Part shown: in pieces, positions 12,511 through 25,695 of the stretch
How positions within the stretch are numbered: the stretch's first letter is position 1
Layout of the letters: every line of letters begins with the position of its first letter
Assembly: GCF_006345805.1 (NCBI RefSeq)
Contig: NC_043008.1
Location: 75,950,001 to 76,014,000 of the forward strand
Source of the DNA: Octopus sinensis
Taxonomy: Eukaryota
Length of the DNA: 64,000 nucleotides
Direction: 5' to 3'
Notes under the pieces: generated by a model
Told to the model about the DNA's origin: nothing
What the model saw: the letters and a program-made list of their open reading frames with translations, nothing else
Databases searched by the model: none
Made by a program: the position numbers and the translations under genes

Positions 12511-14044
12511 GTATATCATTAACAATAATATTAATACACTAACCTTTTTATTTTTGTACCTGTTGTGTGCGTTACACTTAATTCAAAGACGTGGCAAAGC
12601 GAGAGAGAGAGGAAGATAGTAAGAGAGTGAGAGAGTGAAAGCCAAAGGGAGAGTGAGAAAGTCAGAGCGTGAGAGTGAAATGGACTGAGTGATGACGGCG
12701 TTCGTTTTGTGTTTTTAAATGTTTCAGAGAGGAAGTAAGAGAGAAAGAGAGAGAGTAAGAGAGAGAGAGAGAGTGAAAGCTACAGAGAGTGGTGACGGCA
12801 TTCATTTTGTCTTTTTAAATGTTACAGAGAGGACGTAAGAGAGAGAAAAAGTGTGAGAGAGAAAGAGAGTGAGAGCGAGAAAATGTGAGAGAGAAAGACA
12901 GAGGGAAAGAGACAGTGAGTGGTGACGTGTTCATCGCAAGAGAAGTAGATGCATAGATACATATGTACAGTGTCAAATCAAAAGCGGCAGAGAAGGATGA
13001 CACAAAGGACGTGAAAGAGAAATAGGGAAATTGAGAGAGACAGTAGAAACATAAATCCAAAGAAAATTTCATGCGTAGATACATAGACACAGTAAATATT
13101 GGATGTCGGTTTCACTTTTCATTAGCACACGAGGATAAGATTAACTCACAAATGCTTGAGTACTGTACTCACATGCATAATATTAACGTATTCTCAGGGA
13201 GATTCAGCCTCACACAGAATATGACAAGGCTGGTCCCTTTGAATTACAGCTGCAACTAGAGAGAGGAGTGACTCAAAGGAAGGGGTGCTTGTTTTGTTTT
13301 TTCAACCACAGCAAATATTGGAAACCGTATCCTAAACAAAAAGCTGGCTAATACAATCGTATATGGTTTTCAATTGAAGCACCGAATCATTTTGTACATT
13401 TATTGTTTTAATAGGAAGAGAAAAACTGAGAGAGAAAGAGAGTGAGAAAGAAAGAGCTTGAAGACAACTAAAACAATCCTAGTCAGTGGCAAAGAAACAG
13501 GTAGTAAGAGAGAGAGAAAGAGAGATATGAAGTCTTCTTTGTGGACTATCTGAGGCTTACTGTCTGTCTATCTGCCCCTATTTCATGGTATGTGTTTGTG
13601 CACGTGTGCATGTATATGTATGTTTGTATGAATATGATTGTGCGTGTTCCTGTTTTGAATTCCTTTCTGCGACTGACCTTAAACTGCTCTTACAGGCCTA
13701 ATCACACACACACATTTGTTTTAACCCATTTTTATAGCAACCATACACCAAAACACTTGGGCTAAAAAAAAAAAAAAACATCTTTTGGTTTCGGAATACA
13801 ACGTTGTCTTTTTCTTTCTATATATTTTAAGTTAGAATTTCTGGCTCATTTGTTGATGTGTCACCATTACATATCCACATTACATCTTTGGAGATCGGAG
13901 AACCAGTTAGGGGCCCGCTGGATCTCTCTCAGTATACCAGTAAACCACAAAATCGCACCTAGCCAGTATCATCGCTGCCTCAAAGCCCGTCATACATATA
14001 TATGTATTTATGTATGTATGTATGTATGTATGTATGTATGTTTA

Positions 14045-14275
14045 TAAAGGTGTGTGTGTGTTTGTGGTTGTCCCCACCCCCACCCCGCGACCATTGCTTG
14101 ACTACCGATGTTGGTGCGTTTGTGCCTCTGTAATTTAGCCTGTTCAGCAGAAAAGACTGATAGAATAAATACCAGGCTTACAGGGAATAAGTCTAGGGGT
14201 CAAATTCTTCGACTAAAAGGAGGTACTCCAGCATAGCCATCGTCAAATGACTGAAACAAGTAAAAGAATGAGAGA
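14045..14275 (+). mobile_element. SINE 3' half (same family as 39371-39770)
   Basis: ...accgatgttggtgcgttt...ctccagcatagccatcgtcaaatgactgaaacaagtaaaaga matches the tail of the 39.4-39.8 kb SINE. Confidence 0.8.
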
Positions 14276-14454
14276 ATATCAGAAAAAACGCTCTGTACCA
14301 CTAAAACAAGAAGGTTCTTTGAATATGTGCGATGTATTTTAAGGTTAAATAGAAATTCTGTTTACGTTTGTGTGAGATATTTTGGTTGAATTATATAGTC
14401 ATTGGTGTTACGTTACTTTCTATATTCTGTAACTGTCACAATATACTTTTCTAG

Positions 14455-14590
14455 GCCTGAAATTTTTGTGGGGAGTGGGGCCAGTTGATTAGATCGACCC
14501 CAGTACACAACTGGTACTTAATTTATCGACCCCGAAATGACGAAATGCAAAGTCGAACTCGGCAGAATTTGAAATCAGAACGCAAAGACA
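14455..14590 (-). mobile_element. tRNA-derived SINE fragment (Meta/MESC-like family)
   Basis: Reverse complement carries TTCAAATTCTGCCGAGTTCGACTTTGCATTTCGTCATTTCGGGGTCGATAAATTAAGTACCAG. Confidence 0.8.
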
Positions 14591-14710
14591 GACAGTCATA
14601 TTATACAAACATTTCTAATGGCACCAGTATACTTTTGACAGATGCTTATTATTTGTTTCCCGTGAATTTTTCACGGGTTCAGCTAATTATCATTATTATT
14701 ATTATTATTA

Positions 14711-14748
<38 letters not shown>

Positions 14749-14782
14749 ATTATTATCATTATTATTATTATTATTATTATTA

Positions 14783-14821
<39 letters not shown>

Positions 14822-14825
<4 letters not shown>

Positions 14826-15540
14826 TAGTATATTTTTATAGCGTGCTTTCACTTCACTACCGAGCGCAGCTCTGTGTGCCTTGGGTATGGGCTGTGATTT
14901 GTTGTGATGTTCTGATGGTTATTGTATGGAAAGTGTTCTGCGTAGGATGTGTGCAGTGCCTAGTAGTGCAATTTTCTGTATGTTATATGTGTTTGTAAGT
15001 CCTGGTGTTTTTGTTATGTATTTGTCTGAATATTTTTTTATCATGCCTAATGCACCTACTATGATAGGAATTGTTTCTGTTTTTAGATTCCACATTCGAG
15101 TTACCTTTATTTCCAGGTCTTTATATTTTGAAAGTTTCTCCATTTCTTTTAGAGACACGTTGTCATCTGCTGGTACTGATACATCAATTAGAAAGCATTT
15201 TTTTTTCATGATCTCTGACAACTATATCTGGTCTGTTGGCCTTAATTTCTCTATTTGTATGTATCGGCATATCCCAGAGTATGGCTGCTTTCTCGTTTTT
15301 TGTGACCTTTTCTGGTGTGTGCCTATACCACCTTTTTTCTGTTGTTATTCTATACTGTTGGCATAGCTTCCAGTGTATGTAAGTTCCAACTCTGTCATGT
15401 CTGTGAATATATTCCTTCTTAGCCAGGACTGGGCAGCCAGAGAGATTATGATTTATTGTTTCTTGTCCATCTCCACATATTCTGCAGTTACTTGTTATAT
15501 TTCTTTTCATTACATGTTTTTAGTAATTTTTGGTAATATT
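14822..15540 (-). mobile_element. R4/Dong-like LINE, subfamily B, 3' fragment
   Basis: CCHC, RHD and RLE motifs with a frameshift; highly similar to 10765-11470; (TTA)n at the 3' end. Confidence 0.92.
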
Positions 15541-15630
15541 GTTTCACTTCCTTCACCTCTTCTCTCATCTCATCTACACTACTAACCCTTTTTCCTCCAT
15601 TCCGTCTTTCACCCCACCTCACCCTTTGCT

Positions 15631-15667
<37 letters not shown>

Positions 15668-17264
15668 ATTTCTGTCTCCCATTTCCGTCCTCCTAGATAT
15701 TATACCCCATCTGGCCAGGTCCTCTCCTCATCAAGCAGGCGACATAGAGTGCCCCAACCATGTATAAAAGGTGAATTTCATAATTTTCTCTATATTTTGA
15801 AATGCCTGAACTTACAAAAATTTTGCGCATTATGCGTTACCATGAACATATCATTATTTTGCATAATATATATATATATATATATATTATATATGTGTGT
15901 GTTTGTGTGTGAATGTATATATATACGTATATATGTACATATATACATGCACACGTATATACATACATACATTCATACATGCATTCATACATACATGTGT
16001 AATATATGTATGTATATATGTGTGTGTGTGTGTGTGTCTGTGTGTTTGTTTATATGAATATCTGTATGTTCAGTTGTGCCTATTAGAAACAATTGTATGT
16101 CGTTATTTCAATTTTCTCATGTAATCGAACAATTTAATTGAATATCCTAATATCCAAGAAATGGATGATCTAATACAATTGTTATTCTGTTCCAGAAAAT
16201 TAAGTTCACTAGAGAATGGAAAACTATTACCTTACTTCTGACGTCACTAATACATCAAATATCAGCAATTAAATCTATTGCGAGGAATGAAGAATTCTAC
16301 ATATACCAAAGTAATATTATACGAGCACAATAAAAACATAATAATGAGGCGTTATATCAGTATCCCAATTTCGATGAGAGATATGATAATGAAATGGAAA
16401 TAGACGACGTTAGCAGATTTACAGCGAATGTAGTACTCTCACGAAATGAAAAAATGTATTCCACTTATAGTTAGAAAGTGGTTATGAAAAAAAAAACATC
16501 TTTAAAAGGACAATGTTTAATGTGAAATGGTTATATGTAATAGTTTTTCATAGATATTTTGAATTTCTATCAAAATCGTAGTTTCTACATGAACAGTTCT
16601 TATCTCTGTACGTAATTTAGCGGAATATATGAAATATACAATTTTCTTCCCACCAGCAACAAATATTAGAAGCTTATAGTGTTACGAAATATAAAGTGGA
16701 AATTCGAAATTGATATTGTTAAATTGGATGAAACAAGTTTGAGTCAATAAAATATACAATAAAATATACAATAAAATATACAATGTTCCGTGGATAGAAA
16801 AATAAATTTAATATTTGATTGAGGAATGTCGATCTGAAATAACGAAGAGTCAAATTATCTTAACTTGTTGAATTTTAAACAGAGTGGAGGCCGATGCGCA
16901 AAAATGTTTTAATTTTTGTCTGAAATTTTAGTGATTATAAATTAGATTGTAGACCTTCGTGAACATCAATATTACTCATTTTAATTAGTATCCACATTTT
17001 GATCAGCACATCGGGTGGTTTTATTATTTTTCATAAAAATATAGAATAAACAATGAATTTTTGTCTGTTATATTACATGATTTCATTCTAAAGATGCGTA
17101 AAATTATATAAATCAAGATAGAATACACATACAGTAATCCCTACACTATCACGTCCAAAATCTCTCACGATAGGTTAAAATCCACGAAGTAGAAACAGTA
17201 CTGTATGTATTTTTATCATTTTTATAATTTGCATATGTTTATTTTATTATAACTGCTAAACAAT

Positions 17265-17558
17265 GCCATACACTCGTCTCCCGGAGTCGTGGTCGAAGGA
17301 TTGCGTGTTCGAATATCAGATCTGGCGATGCGTGAGTTTATGAGCGGAAACACCTAATCTCCACCAGGCTCCGGCAGAAGGTAATGGCGAACTTCCGATA
17401 ACTCTTTCGCTACAACTTTCTCTTACTCTTTCCTCTTGAATCTAGCAGCTCACCTGCGACGGACCGGCATCCCGTCCAGGTGGGAAACCTATACGCCAAT
17501 GAAACTGGGAATCCTGCCCTTATGAGCCAGGCATGGTTCGAGAACGAACAAACAACAT
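17265..17558 (+). mobile_element. tRNA-derived SINE with V-domain-like segment
   Basis: B box GTGTTCGAATATC; CCTGCGACGGACCGGCATCCCGTCCAGG resembles the V-SINE domain; (AAAC)-like tail. Confidence 0.6.
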
Positions 17559-19225
17559 TAGATATATAAAATTTACCTTTAGAACAAATCAGAAACACGT
17601 TGGTAAGGTTTGTTTGATTACTGATGTTATTATTACTTGCAATAATTTTAGGTTCCAACACGTTAATGGTAAATATTCTGTCATGAGGCATGTATTTCAA
17701 GAAGTGAATATTTAGATGTGTATGAGCGATTATACGCTATATATATTTATAAGTATGTCTCTTTATACATATATTTATGTGTGCGTATGTGCTTGTTTAC
17801 ACGCATACACATACACACGCATATATATTTGTGCATATGTCTATATGTGTGTGCGCGCATGCGTAGTGTGTGTGTGCGTGCGTATATGCATGTGTATTAA
17901 TACCTTTAACTAGACATGCCAAATTCAAGCATTTCAGGTACTCCAAATTTTAAGTATGGATTATATTTTATTATTAATTGCATATCTAAGCTTGAACAGG
18001 AATGTAGACAACCTCGATATCTCATGTCGCCTGAAATGAAGTCAAAGATCTATATGAAATTTAAGGAACTGCTTTGTCTGTTTGTTAACATAGTTGTCAG
18101 TTTTCCCTTATACATATTGTACGCTTTGATTTAAAAGTAATATACCACATAAGAAAGAGAAATATATGTTTTTTTAAACTTTAACGTCTAAATGTGTGTG
18201 TACGCATATACTTTAGCCGAAACCGAAATTTGAAATTGCTGAGTCCTCTTAAATACAAAAAGTAAACTTTTCACTGTTTAATCTTTACTCCTAAACTTCA
18301 TTTTCAGAACCGAATAGAAAATTGCACCAAAAGACTTATCTTCTCTACACAGTAGGAATCTACACCTCGTAGGACATATCTACATGTACGTAAGTTATTT
18401 TTTCTTTATTCAAATATTTTTTAATGATAATGCTTTGTTTGCATGCCTATGATCTCCAATCAATACTGATTTCTAGTTAAATATGATATATAAATAATGT
18501 GTAAAAACTACTGTGATTTCCAATGTTATTAAATTCGGTTACTTATACTGGTTTGGCACACCTTATAAAAATGTTTTTACATTATGGTACGTATTTAGGA
18601 TTTGAATCGCTAACCTTCCTATCGAAACCAGAGTAGGTTAAGATGTTTGCTTCTCAATCACGTTATTCTACATTCATTTTACAGTACTGCATCTTTGGTT
18701 TTATACCACGATCTCAGATTGACAAATACTTTTGAGTAAGATATGGTTGGTGAAGACACTTGAAGCCCATCGTTTGTCTATATTTATGTCTACATATTAG
18801 ACGTTTAAATAATTTATTGTTTATAAGTGAAGCACGTAAACAATGAAGAAAAAAAACGATATATGAAGGAAAAATTGGTCACAGAAACAACCTAGCCATT
18901 TCTGATATCAGAAATGCAGCGACACAGGAAGAAGCATTTTTCATACAGAAAACAGCGACGCTAATTTTCACAATTTCTAGCATAAATAAAAATATAAATA
19001 AATGAAAAGCTAGTAAAAATGAAAATATAAATATTCAGTAAGTGCATATGAAGAGGAATCCTGCAACCTTCGTTTAAATTAGTACACTTCTGCCTTCTTC
19101 TAAACACACATGCATACACTCTCTCTCTTTTCTCTCTCTCTTTCTCTCTCTTCCTCTCAACATATATATATATATATGTATATAGATATATAAATATAGA
19201 TATATATATATACATACATACATAC

Positions 19226-19755
19226 ATGGTGGCTGCCCCCTCGTTATCGAGTATGGCCATTGCAGGAAGCTTAATCAATGTTGTTATCGTGCAATGCCTG
19301 TGCAAGAAGGTTTTTTTTAAAGTGACGAAAGGCTGTGCACTGAGTCAATCCCACTCACTAAGGAACAGCAGCCATAATCCGAAAAGAAGAACAAGTCAAC
19401 GTCATCGGTAACCTCTGAGTCGCAGATTTTATGTCGGAGTTATCCCAGTTACGTGAGTTACCTTCTCCTAGAAGGATGCCCTAACAAAGGCTAGGAGTCC
19501 TTCACTCCCAATGGTTGAACCGCGCGATCGGGTATTCAGTCCGATTATTTCTATGTCCCCGCGCATGATACAGCCTTAAGACATTTATTGGATGGCTGTT
19601 GACTCTCAAGAGTTTCTCTGCCCTTTGATGATGGGTTTTGTTTTTCACCCCGCAGGGTGTCCAATAAACACTCTCCTCACCAAGCAAGCGTGGTGGGGTT
19701 GCCGGTTTAGTCGTCGACGACCCGACCATGCAACAGGTTGTACTGGGCTACATAT
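19226..19755 (-). mobile_element. RTE-related non-autonomous element
   Basis: GC-rich island between (TACA)n runs; minus strand has GGACTCCTAGCCTTTGTTAGGGCATCCTTCTAGGAGAAGGTAACTC, like RTE 5'-UTR motifs. Confidence 0.55.
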
Positions 19756-19785
19756 TACATACATACATACTTATACATATATATA

Positions 19786-19897
19786 AAAGACTGATACCGG
19801 AATGGACATAGCCAATCTGAAAGAAGCGGCCCAGGATAGAACTGACTGGAGGACACTGATCCAACGAGTAATCGAGAGTCGACTTCGACTTAGCGGA
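19786..19897 (+). mobile_element. RTE/BovB-like LINE extreme 3' end
   Basis: Translates KTDTGMDIANLKEAAQDRTDWRTLIQRVIESRLRLSG, like the BovB C-terminus (DREAWRAAVHGVAKSRTRLSD); followed by (TA)n. Confidence 0.75.
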
Positions 19898-20975
19898 TAT
19901 ATATATATATATATATATATATAGTAATTATAGCAATATCTATATAGTAATTTACTCTTCTTAATTACTTCTCTTCATAAAAATAAATCAACTTCTACTA
20001 AACCTATAAAAACCTTTCTTCTTGATTACTCTTCTAGTTTTCCTATTATATATATTTGACCCCTAATATATGCACTTGATTAATAAGACTTTTGTCCTTA
20101 ATTAATGAGTATCATGCCTACTCATAATAAGTGATAGATTTTTCTCCAAAATGAATAAATATTAGATTTATAATTTCTCCTTTAATCCAACGTATCAAAA
20201 TATTCAAAACCTATCACCTAAATATAAAACTGAAGTATATAAGTGTAAAATAATCTCTGTATTCTCTATAAATGGTCACTGTGACCATTTGACATTGACC
20301 TAGTTTTTCTAATACATATTCTGTTTGCCAAATAGTAGTAAACGGCCTCTGTAGCATTACAACCCTTTTTTCTACCTCAATTTCTTTATCTAGTACTTTG
20401 ACATCTATTTCACCCCTATTTCTATAAATAGAAAATCTTTCTTGTCTCCTTTCAATTGATCATTCTTCCCAAACCTCCTAGCAGTTAAAAAAAACTGAAT
20501 ATTCTGAATATTCTTCAGTCAGTTGATAAACTCTATTACCTTAATGTTCTTAAAATTTAAATCGACATCTTTATCTATATATCTACCTTCTCTATAATGT
20601 TATCAATTGATATGAAAATTATGTATTGATGGAAAACCTCTATTAATGACTGATGATTGCTCAACATTTTAAAACTGTTGTAATACTTACAACATTTAAT
20701 AAAATGAAGTAGCGTTAAACGATCTACCAAATTACTGAAGTTATTCTTGTTGCTTATTTTGATTATATATATATATATATATACATATATATTTGTGTGT
20801 GTATCTGTCTTTCGTTTGAAATGTTTCAAGTCTCACCATCAATTATAATATGACCACTTTCATTGAACAGAAAGAAAAATTTCAACGTTTCTAATTTATT
20901 GCCGATATCATTATTAATATGCCCAATAAACACTATAACATCCTACATAACCAGATGCGGCAGATTGCTCACTTA

Positions 20976-21007
<32 letters not shown>

Positions 21008-21455
21008 CGTGTGTGTATGTATATGTGTATGTATGCATGCATGTATGTATGTATGTATGTATGCGTGCATGGATGCGTGCATGCATGCGTGCATATATGC
21101 ATGTGAGCATATATGGAAGTAGCAGATATATAATTGAATTTGTAAAATCGTAATTTCGGCCACTTAATTTTACATTTATATACTTTAACATAAATTCTTA
21201 TTATTATCGGTAAAGTTACGAAGAATTGTAATATACGATGGATTAAATAGTTTACAAGGTATTTAACTGGGTCACAGCATGGTCTGAACAGCAAGCTGCC
21301 TCTTTCTTCAATAGATAAAATATTGAATAAATAGATAATATATGCAATAATTTATAATGCGAATTCGACCAAGTAGAGCAGCCAAGCTATACACATGGGT
21401 TCAGTGTTCCAAGACATTGTAAAACAATTTGTATTACACCTCACATATTATATTG

Positions 21456-21667
21456 AGGCGGCAAGCTGGCAGAATCGTTAGCACGCCGGGCGAAATGCTT
21501 CGCTATATTTCGTCTGCCTTTACATTCTAAGTTCAAATTCCGCCGAAGTCGACTTTGCCTTTCATCCTTTCGGGGTCGATAAACTAAGTACCAGTTGCTT
21601 ACTGGGGGTCGATCTAATCGACTGCCCATGCCAAAAAATGTCGGACCTTGTAACTAGAGTAGAAAAA
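21456..21667 (+). mobile_element. tRNA-derived SINE (Meta/MESC-like family)
   Basis: AGGCGGCAAGCTGGCAGAATCG head, GTTCAAATTC B box, conserved central domain. Confidence 0.85.
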
Positions 21668-22477
21668 ATATTTTAACGAGATATGTAACCACGTCAATGA
21701 TTAACCTATTTTAAACTTTTCACTACATAACACTGCAACAGGTATATTTATTCCGTTTATGCCTTTATGTAGTACATGCCATTTTCTCTGAATATTTAAC
21801 ATATGAAAGTCTTGGGATTCAGGAACTTCCGTGCATACCGTTCCTAATACATTATTATTGCTTAATATAACCCTACTCAGGCTGAATGAAAGTAAAGCTG
21901 ACTCTGGTAGGGTCTGGAATTAGAACGCAGGAATCCGTAACTCGATATCACAAAGCCATTTGGTGGATGCCTGCACGTTTCTACCAATCCACTGCATTGC
22001 GGTTAATCTAAATTAATATTGTTCCATTAAAACAACATAAAACAGAAATTTCTCAGACATGGAAATTAGAAAAAATAATTACATAGTTTCTTGTAAAATA
22101 TCGTTATGGAAATCAACGTCCAAGTAACTACTGCTGTATCCAACGGAAGTCTGTAGTATGATGAATCAGAAAGGGAGTGGAATGATAGTATTAATGCTTC
22201 AGCTTTGTTCATGTAACATACATGATGCGATAATATATGCTTCATCAAATATTCGGAGTTAGAGAAATTAGAGAATCATGAGATGCTGTGTACCATATAG
22301 ATAATAGAATATCGCCTCTGGATTATGTTGACACGATAGAAGTTTTATTGTTATTCTTCAGTATTTACTGTTCTTTGCCTTTTTGCATAGAGAGATATGT
22401 TGATATTTATACAATATCTTGGCCATTTTTTGTTCCCCTTTTCGTATTTCTACTATTTGATCATATAATACAAGGAA

Positions 22478-22552
<75 letters not shown>

Positions 22553-22556
<4 letters not shown>

Positions 22557-22614
22557 TAGTTTTATTTTTATAGCGTGCTTTCACTTCACTACCGAGCACA
22601 GCTCTGTGTGCCTT

Positions 22615-22616
<2 letters not shown>
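22553..22616 (-). mobile_element. R4/Dong subfamily B 3'-UTR tip inside (TTA)n
   Basis: tcagtagttttatttttatagcgtgctttcacttcactaccgagc.cagctctgtgtgcctt equals the terminal ~64 bp of subfamily B; (TTA)n on both sides. Confidence 0.85.
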
Positions 22617-22677
<61 letters not shown>

Positions 22678-22804
22678 ATTATCATTTTTATAGTTGTTGT
22701 TTTTGTTGTTACTGTCATTACTGTTATTATTGAGGTTGATGTGGGTATTATGGTTGTCGTTGTCATCGCCGTTGTTGTTATTGCTGATGTTGTTGTTCTT
22801 ATTA

Positions 22805-23152
22805 AGTGGTTATCGGAATCAGCAGAGCGTCGGACAAAAGCATTGAGGTGATCGTTCTAACTCTCAGCGTACTGAGCTTAAATCTTGCCGATATCAAATT
22901 TGCCTTTCATCGTCCCGAATTGAATAAAATATAGTATCAGCCAAGTAATCGAGACGAGGATATTGAATAAGCACTTCTTTCAAAAACGGTAAAGTCGTGT
23001 TGAAATTAAAAAACGATTATACAAGGGATGAGAATTAGCAGAACCATAAAATTATCCGACAATAACCTTAAGGTATTTCTTCTGGCTTATAGGGTTCAAA
23101 ACACATTGGGGTCGAATTTGCCTTCGTCCTTTTATCGATAAAACTACTACCA
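22805..23152 (+). mobile_element. Two highly degenerate tandem SINE copies (Meta/MESC-like family)
   Basis: Residual aaatttgcctttcatcgtcc and ggtcgaatttgccttcgtcctttt..cgataaaact..taccag motifs. Confidence 0.55.
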
Positions 23153-23162
23153 GAACTTTTCA

Positions 23163-23222
<60 letters not shown>

Positions 23223-23238
23223 GTTATCATCATCATTA

Positions 23239-23273
<35 letters not shown>

Positions 23274-23292
23274 GCTGTTGTTGTTGTTGTTC

Positions 23293-23324
<32 letters not shown>

Positions 23325-23977
23325 GAGTGAGATAGCAGTGCATGCCATCAAAGTGACACTTGGGTAAAATATACGAAGTCCAGTATACCCATCATGACTA
23401 CCCGTCTGATAAGGGTACACTAGGCACGTGCATCACAACCATATACGTGCGACATGGTGATCTGATATCAAGATAAATAGCACATGATCTTGCAGATGGG
23501 CCCAGTTAGAATTTTCTTCTGGTCGAGTAACCCATCCCGCTCAAAAAGTCCCTGAATAAAGGTTGTTTAAGGATGTTCAACAAAACACCTAAGTTTCCAG
23601 AAGTGAATTATTCAAAACCCAAATAATCCCTCTCAACACATGGCTATGATGCTGCCCCACTACTTCAGGATCAGAGATGCACATATCGTCAGCCATTAAG
23701 GGACATGCTCAACTGGTTAAGGTCAAACAACTGACATTAAGGCATTGATGCTGCCCCAGTACTTCTGCTCGTGATCATAGATTCACATGTCGTCAGCCAC
23801 TAAGGGATATGCTCAACTGGTTAAGGTTAAACAACTGACAAGCAAATCTGTGATATGGAGCAGAATATTTGCTGTAGCCCATCTTTTATACCAAGACAAA
23901 ACAATGTACATGATAACACTCCCAATCAGTTAAGATCAGAAGCCACGAGAGCCACTGCCTGGTGCTGCATCAGGGCA
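23325..23977 (-). mobile_element. (TAA)n-associated non-coding element with ~100-bp internal duplication
   Basis: Full-length family copy with (TTA)n on both sides; ~23648-23735 is repeated from ~23748. Confidence 0.9.
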
Positions 23978-23990
23978 TTTATTATTATTG

Positions 23991-24028
<38 letters not shown>

Positions 24029-24055
24029 TTATTATTATTATTAGTATTATTATTA

Positions 24056-24104
<49 letters not shown>

Positions 24105-24237
24105 GACGAAGAGCGCGATTCGATTGTAAGATATTTTATTAGTTGAACGATATTTCAATAGTACTTCTGTCTTTGTCAAGTTCAAAATAAGAAGTTCAAA
24201 ATTACAGAAGTTTAAGCGTAAAGTATGAACGAGAGCA

Positions 24238-24474
24238 ACCAGCGTCCATACATTGATGAAATGACATCATCAGTTTTTAAGTTACAATTTTATAACAGGC
24301 GAAAAGAAAAAGATAGAAAAAAGAAAAAAGAAGACGACAGAAAAAATGAAAGAATAACCAGCGTCCATACATTGATGAAATGACATCATCAGTTTTTAAG
24401 TTACAATTTTATAACAGGCGAAAAGAAAAAGATAGAAAAAAGAAAAAGAAGACGACAGAAAAAATGGAAGAATA
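24238..24474. repeat. Direct tandem duplication (~119-bp unit) 3' of the PLE endonuclease remnant
   Basis: accagcgtccatacattgatgaaatgac...gaaaaaatg.aagaata occurs twice, near-identical. Confidence 0.9.
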
Positions 24475-24516
24475 AGAGAGAAAGAAGAATATTTAATCAA
24501 ATAGTTTTGGGTAAAT

Positions 24517-24984
24517 TTAATGATATTCTACTATCATCTTATTCATTCCTCCAGTGCGTGATGTTAATAACCTGCGAACATATTTCTCCTCATACATACT
24601 GAGAAGTGAAATTGAAACAGATTCAGAATATTTTCTGAGGATATGCACTTTCAATCCTTCTTCAAAATTGCAGCCGCTTGAAACGAAATGTTCAGCAAGT
24701 TCTGTCGAACTACTGACGACGAATCTGTGCCCATTAAACCTTCTGTTTGATTTTTCTGTTCTACAACCAACATAAATTAAGTTGTGTTTTGTGCATTCTG
24801 TAGCGTACACTAAATGGGAATGTTTACATGTTCCACATTCTGTATAACTCATAACACTTCTGTTATGATTTCTGATGGAATTCACTTCACTCATGTTATT
24901 GCACAATGAACAGGGCTTACCTCTCTTGAATAAGAATATAAGAGACTTATTGAACTCTATATCTGACTCCAAGAAAATGAACAT
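24517..24984 (-). mobile_element. Penelope-like element GIY-YIG endonuclease remnant
   Basis: CSLC linker, then CKHSHLVYATECTKHNLIYVGC..RRFNGHR..LAEHF...YEEKY (VY/YVG, catalytic R, H and E). Confidence 0.85.
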
Positions 24985-25019
24985 TGGAGTATCTGCTAAC
25001 TATACCTTAACGAGCAACC

Positions 25020-25590
25020 TTGCGAATTTTAAAGCAATAGAATGTGATGTTTTGGTGCTTTCGTGTTTGCCCACGAGCCGCAGCATCCAGTCTTCTGTAC
25101 TAGATAAGTACTTATTCATTGCTATTGTGGTGTTGTTATAGCAAAGTTCTACCAACATCATTCCGCTTCGCCCATTACTTATAGGTAGGGAGAGACGATC
25201 AACATCTGCTTTGGGTGGTGCATGTTCTTAAACGTAAGTACTTTTCTTGTCTTCCCGCCAACACATTTCAGTAAGATTTCAATAAATGGACTACTGGAAG
25301 TGACAAAGTGTTAATGGTTTCGACTCGATATTTGGAGTTGAGTTCACTTTTTAGTATGAGACGTATTCTTCTGTTATACGCCTTTCGTATTTTCCTCCAT
25401 AGTAGTATGTTGTATATCATCTCTTTCCTTTATTCACAGGTATGTGGACGTTTCTTGTGGGGCAAGCTCCTTGATGTTAGTGTCAGTATCTAATTTAATG
25501 GAAGTTGTTTGCTTGTCTTTTAAAAAAGTTGCTTTTGCACAATTATCAAGGCCAAAATCCATCCATATGTTATTGCTGAACAGTTTTTAA
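25020..25590 (-). mobile_element. Old R4/Dong-like RT-thumb fragment
   Basis: Minus strand gives FSNNIWMDFGLDNCAK, RRIRLILKSELNSKYRVETINTLSLPVV and DVDRLSLP, homologous to the adjacent element's RT but diverged. Confidence 0.75.
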
Positions 25591-25631
25591 CATCTCTATT
25601 AGCGCTTATTATTAGTGTTGTTGTTGTTGTA

Positions 25632-25695
<64 letters not shown>

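Noticed and set aside
24105-24400. Minus-strand CTGATGA boxes plus a distant GAATCGCGCTC near the PLE remnant
   Set aside because: GAAA is not intact and no convincing stems join the halves.
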